Assembly (NCBI GenBank): GCA_013375475.1
Contig: JABXKD010000001.1
Span: 1 to 64,000 of the forward strand
Source of the DNA: Promethearchaeota archaeon
GTDB taxonomy: Archaea; Asgardarchaeota; Lokiarchaeia; Sigyniarchaeales; SOKP01
Direction of reading: 5' to 3'
DNA: 64,000 nt
Each line of letters begins with the position of its first letter. The stretch's first letter is position 1. Shown here piece after piece: positions 60,234 through 64,000 of this stretch. The position numbers and the translations under genes are program-made. The notes under the pieces were generated by a model. It made no database searches, was not told where the DNA came from, and saw nothing but the letters and a program-made list of their open reading frames with translations.

Positions 60234-61493
60234 CTATTTTTGATAAATTGTCACCACGCAAGTCGCTCCACTACCACCTAAATTATGTGTGAGCGCTTTC
60301 TCTACATCAAATTTTACTTGACGATTTCTTTCAGCGATACCTCTCATTTGTTTGAATATTTCCACGGCTTGAGCTGCACCAGTGGCACCTACAGGATGTC
60401 CTTTAGATTTAAGCCCTCCGGAAGTGTTCAAGGGTAAGCGCCCATCCAATTTAGATTCACCGTCACGAACGGCATCAACCGCTTTACCTTTTTCATAGAA
60501 ATCTAAATCTTCCATTGCTACCAATTCAGCAATTGTGAAGCAATCGTGTAATTCCGCAATCTGAATGTCTTTCGGACCAAGGTTTGCCATTTGATAAGCT
60601 TGTTTTGCAGCTTCTTTTGTTGCTACAAAACTCGTCAAACTATCTCGATCGTGTAAAGATAACGCAGCGCTGCCTTGACCTGTTCCAGTTATCCATATAG
60701 GTGTGTCGGTGAATTGTTTAGCTACTTCCTCTGCAGCTAAAAATACACAAGCGGCTCCATCGGTCACTAACGAACAGTCAAATAGTCTAAGCGGACTAGC
60801 GATCATAGGATTAGAAGAACTTTTGAGGAAATCGAATTCATCTTTCCAATCTGGAAGATCTTTACCCTGTTTTTCTAATTTAGCTAATTTATTATTCATT
60901 AAATCTTTTATAGATATTTGCATTTGAGCGAACGGATTCTGGGTTCCATTTTCATGATTTTTGATTCCAATTCTCATTAAATCTTCAGCAGTAGTTCCAT
61001 ATTTGTGGAAATGAGCCGAAGCGACAGCAGCATACAATCCCGGAAACGTTGCTCCAGCAGGATACTCAAATAAATTATCTGACGCTGTAGCTAAAGTATC
61101 CGTTACTAAGGTTGTAGATACCTCATTCATCGTTTCACACCCACCAACAGCGACTACATCATGAATTCCTGATGCTATTGCTAAAACTCCTTGTCTTAGA
61201 GCAATACCGCTACTAGCACATGCCCCTTCAAATCGAGATGCTGGTTTTGGAGATAATCCAACTAAATTTGCCATTTGGGGTGCGAGGTGTCCTTGATGGT
61301 TAAATAGATCTGAAGAATAGTTTCCGATATAGCACGCATCTACATTTTTAGGTTCAATTCCGTTATCTACCGTTTTGACCGCACTTAGCCAAGCATCGAC
61401 CCACAAATCGGGATTTCTCTTAAGAGGGAACAGTTTTCCAAATTGTGACATTCCAGCCCCAACTATCGCGACTCTTTTTGATAATTTTCCCAT
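60234..61493 (-). CDS. thiolase / acetyl-CoA C-acyltransferase (SCP2/archaeal type)
   Basis: EGACASSG, ELHDCF, SGGLKSKGHPVGATG, HNLGG. Confidence 0.93.
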   Translation of the reverse strand: MGKLSKRVAIVGAGMSQFGKLFPLKRNPDLWVDAWLSAVKTVDNGIEPKNVDACYIGNYSSDLFNHQGHLAPQMANLVGLSPKPASRFEGACASSGIALRQGVLAIASGIHDVVAVGGCETMNEVSTTLVTDTLATASDNLFEYPAGATFPGLYAAVASAHFHKYGTTAEDLMRIGIKNHENGTQNPFAQMQISIKDLMNNKLAKLEKQGKDLPDWKDEFDFLKSSSNPMIASPLRLFDCSLVTDGAACVFLAAEEVAKQFTDTPIWITGTGQGSAALSLHDRDSLTSFVATKEAAKQAYQMANLGPKDIQIAELHDCFTIAELVAMEDLDFYEKGKAVDAVRDGESKLDGRLPLNTSGGLKSKGHPVGATGAAQAVEIFKQMRGIAERNRQVKFDVEKALTHNLGGSGATCVVTIYQK

Positions 61494-61673
61494 TTTTTCA
61501 TCCTTACTTTTATTTTATATAAATTGATTTGAATTCATAGAATTGAATTTTCGAAAAATTATATTTGTTATTGTTTTTAGAATAAATTAAATTATTCATC
61601 ATGCCTTAGAATTTGTTAAGAGTGCTCTAATAAGATCATTAACATTTTTATCTATAACTTCATATAATAACTT

Positions 61674-62108
61674 ATGTCAAATTTAGAGCCAGTTAAATAC
61701 GAAGACTATAAGATTGGAGATTCGGCAAAATTTACAAAGACTATAACAGAGGAAGATGTAATGAAATTTGCTGAAGTTACAGGGGATTTTAATCCGATTC
61801 ATGTAAATCCTGAATACGCAAAGACTCAAATGTTTGGAAAGCAAGTTGCCCATGGAGCATTGAGCTCAGGTTTAATCTCAGCTGTTCTAGGAACTAAATT
61901 ATTTGGTCCGGGCATTCTATATGGTGGACAAACTGTCAAATTCATAAAACCCGTTTTTTTTGGTGATACATTAACAGCTATTGGTACTGTAAAAGAAAAA
62001 TTTACTAAAAAAGATGGAAAATTAAAATTCATCATCGCTGAAACAATTGTAAAAAATCAGAATGATGAAGTTGTAACTTCGGGAGAAGGTACTATAGTAT
62101 TCATTTAA
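61674..62108 (+). CDS. MaoC-family (R)-specific enoyl-CoA hydratase
   Basis: FA.VTGDFNPIH, AHG, GPG, FIKPVFFGDT. Confidence 0.93.
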   Translation: MSNLEPVKYEDYKIGDSAKFTKTITEEDVMKFAEVTGDFNPIHVNPEYAKTQMFGKQVAHGALSSGLISAVLGTKLFGPGILYGGQTVKFIKPVFFGDTLTAIGTVKEKFTKKDGKLKFIIAETIVKNQNDEVVTSGEGTIVFI

Positions 62109-62112
62109 TTAC

Positions 62113-62124
62113 TTTTTTTTTTTT
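62113..62124 (+). terminator. oligo-T archaeal terminator after the MaoC gene
   Basis: run of 12 T beginning a few bases after the TAA. Confidence 0.5.
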
Positions 62125-62260
62125 CTACATAAGTTAGCTGATAATTACAATAATTATTATTAGTTAAATTTTGAACACAAAAGTTAACAAAAACAAGTTT
62201 AAATATTTGTAGAATATGTTTTTATTAATTGCTACAATGGTTAAAAGAAGATAATTGAAA

Positions 62261-63433
62261 ATGGAAAATAAGGATAATAATTATCGTAGAGTAAAATGCG
62301 ACCATTGTGGTTATACTTTTTACCCACCTTATCAAGATGACTGTACCTGCGGAAATTGTAAGCAATTTTCTAAAAACCTCTTTAAGCTCGTATATGGGAA
62401 AAACAATGTTACAAATAAAGTAGAAACTGAAGACACTAAAATCGAAACAACAAAGAAAACCAAAGGAACCGTTAAGAAAAAGATTCCTGATGAGCCTAAG
62501 AAGCTATTTTTTTACGGAATTGTTTCAAAGGAGAGAGTTCCAATATTTTATAACGATAAAAAATGCAAGTATATTTTAGCGTTAACAAATGATTTGGACA
62601 TTATTTCTTCGAGTATTTTATCTGGAACACTTGATAAAATGTTGATTTTTTTAGGAAACGGGAAAGAAGAAGAAGAAGAAAAAAAGTTAATAGCTCATTT
62701 TCTTGAAAGAAATGGAGTCATTCACGTTCTCGTAGGTAACTTTTCAGATAAAGATAGCAGTTGGATATTTACTCAAGTTTCGATGTTTTTCGATGATATG
62801 TTAAAAAAAGATAAAATTAAAATCAAAAAATTGTCTGAATTTGAAAAGCGTGAGATTTCCATCAAAATGAATATATATTTAAACCATATTGAAAAAGCAG
62901 TTGAATTAAAAGTTAAATTCGAAAAACCAAATTTCAAATATATAGACAATTGGCTTAGATTACATTATGTAGGATTATCCTCTGAATCGGTTGGGGTTAT
63001 TTCACTTCTTTTAGATAAAAAGAACATTCTAAAATTTGAAGAACAAAAACATTTTCAGCCGAATTCTGAACAACATATTTCTCGGATAGTTGAAGAAATT
63101 ATTGATTTTAGCGAATCAGTCATGACTGCAAAAATTGAAGTGATTTTAGCGAGTATTCTTGGTAATATGAAAGGATATCCAAGATGGATTTCAATAAAAT
63201 CAGGTTTTCAAAAATATTATTTCTTATCGTTTAAGAAACTCGATAATCAATACTTTTTATATTGTATTACAGAAGGAAATATTGAAAAACTGGAATCAAT
63301 GGAATCACTTTTATATTTATATCTAAAAGACGGCGTATGCAATAAATTTGGTAGTTCACTAAAAATTTTTAACCAAATGAAAAATAAAATTCGAGACATC
63401 CTGGAACCTTTTCCAGAAAGAAAATTTTATTAA
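62261..63433 (+). CDS. hypothetical protein: N-terminal Zn finger and two putative longin-like domains
   Basis: CDHC...CGNC; Lys/Thr linker; two inferred beta-beta-alpha-beta3-alpha modules. Confidence 0.55.
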   Translation: MENKDNNYRRVKCDHCGYTFYPPYQDDCTCGNCKQFSKNLFKLVYGKNNVTNKVETEDTKIETTKKTKGTVKKKIPDEPKKLFFYGIVSKERVPIFYNDKKCKYILALTNDLDIISSSILSGTLDKMLIFLGNGKEEEEEKKLIAHFLERNGVIHVLVGNFSDKDSSWIFTQVSMFFDDMLKKDKIKIKKLSEFEKREISIKMNIYLNHIEKAVELKVKFEKPNFKYIDNWLRLHYVGLSSESVGVISLLLDKKNILKFEEQKHFQPNSEQHISRIVEEIIDFSESVMTAKIEVILASILGNMKGYPRWISIKSGFQKYYFLSFKKLDNQYFLYCITEGNIEKLESMESLLYLYLKDGVCNKFGSSLKIFNQMKNKIRDILEPFPERKFY

Positions 63434-63480
63434 ATTACCACGGAAAACACGAAATCCTTATAAATTTTATAGATAAAAGG

Positions 63481-63999
63481 TTATCCTATTATTCTCCGCC
63501 AATTTGAACTGATTTTGATATCTTCGATATCCTGAATCTGAATCGATGATGTCCACTTATAATTTTTTAACCACAATTTTCCAGGAAATGGTTGCCAACC
63601 TTTGGTTGGGGTAATAGAAAACTCAATAATATCTCTAGTACGAGCTAAATAGTATTCTCCGGCAAAAATCCCCTTTTTTTCATCGATTATACAGGAAAAT
63701 CTACCTTTTATTTTCGTTTTACTTCTTAGAGAGAATAAATTCGGAACTGCTGGAGAAAACTCGAAAGAGATCGTGTGATCCTCTTCGTTTCTTCCGGAGA
63801 TTTTATTTATCTCGTAATAACCAGAGTTATTTTTAAGGACAAAGTCAATGTTATTATCCGAAATCTTTAGGGATGGTGCATTTATTATTATTGGATCTAT
63901 ACTCCCGGTAAAGACGTTATTCCAATTACTAATTATCGTTTGTAAAGAATAATGAGCGGTATAAACGTCTCTTCCATTGATTTGAACGGGCATTTCTGT
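63481..63999 (-). CDS. hypothetical protein, probably 5'-partial
   Basis: frame is open to the window end; no recognisable motif. Confidence 0.6.
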   Translation of the reverse strand, partial: TEMPVQINGRDVYTAHYSLQTIISNWNNVFTGSIDPIIINAPSLKISDNNIDFVLKNNSGYYEINKISGRNEEDHTISFEFSPAVPNLFSLRSKTKIKGRFSCIIDEKKGIFAGEYYLARTRDIIEFSITPTKGWQPFPGKLWLKNYKWTSSIQIQDIEDIKISSNWRRIIG

Positions 64000-64000
64000 T

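Noticed and set aside
162-62035. Numerous 60-130 aa ORFs nested in or antisense to long CDSs
   Set aside because: Shadow ORFs of well-supported genes with no motifs of their own.

Overview
AT-rich (roughly 30% GC by eye) archaeal chromosomal window, most consistent with an Asgard archaeon of the Lokiarchaeia. Evidence: Alba, an archaeal-type histone, herA-nurA-mre11-rad50, Taw2/Trm5, a Loki-CTERM-like anchor, a degenerate Ras-like protein, a longin-like protein and many lipid/CoA enzymes. About 50 CDS; no tRNA, rRNA, CRISPR array, integrase or transposase was seen. Two main observations, both in 1-14 kb. (1) A split operon of two [4Fe-4S] ATP-dependent activases and three DUF2229/dehydratase-like subunits. 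Its domain set resembles bacterial PlsA/PlsR (anaerobic plasmalogen synthase) and glycerol ester reductase. It includes a subunit fused to a DHCR24/Rv3719-like FAD reductase and a PlsC-fold gene lacking its catalytic His, so it is a candidate bacterial-type ether-lipid pathway in an Asgard archaeon. (2) The operon is interrupted by cargo genes (two surface proteins and an RloC-like ABC ATPase-HEPN protein). These are punctuated by four co-oriented copies of a 45-bp site (TCATAC...GGTAAATT). An orphan 69-bp gene tail that differs mostly at synonymous sites also remains, suggesting an integrase-less cassette-accretion hotspot. All family assignments come from motif recognition by eye; no searches were run.
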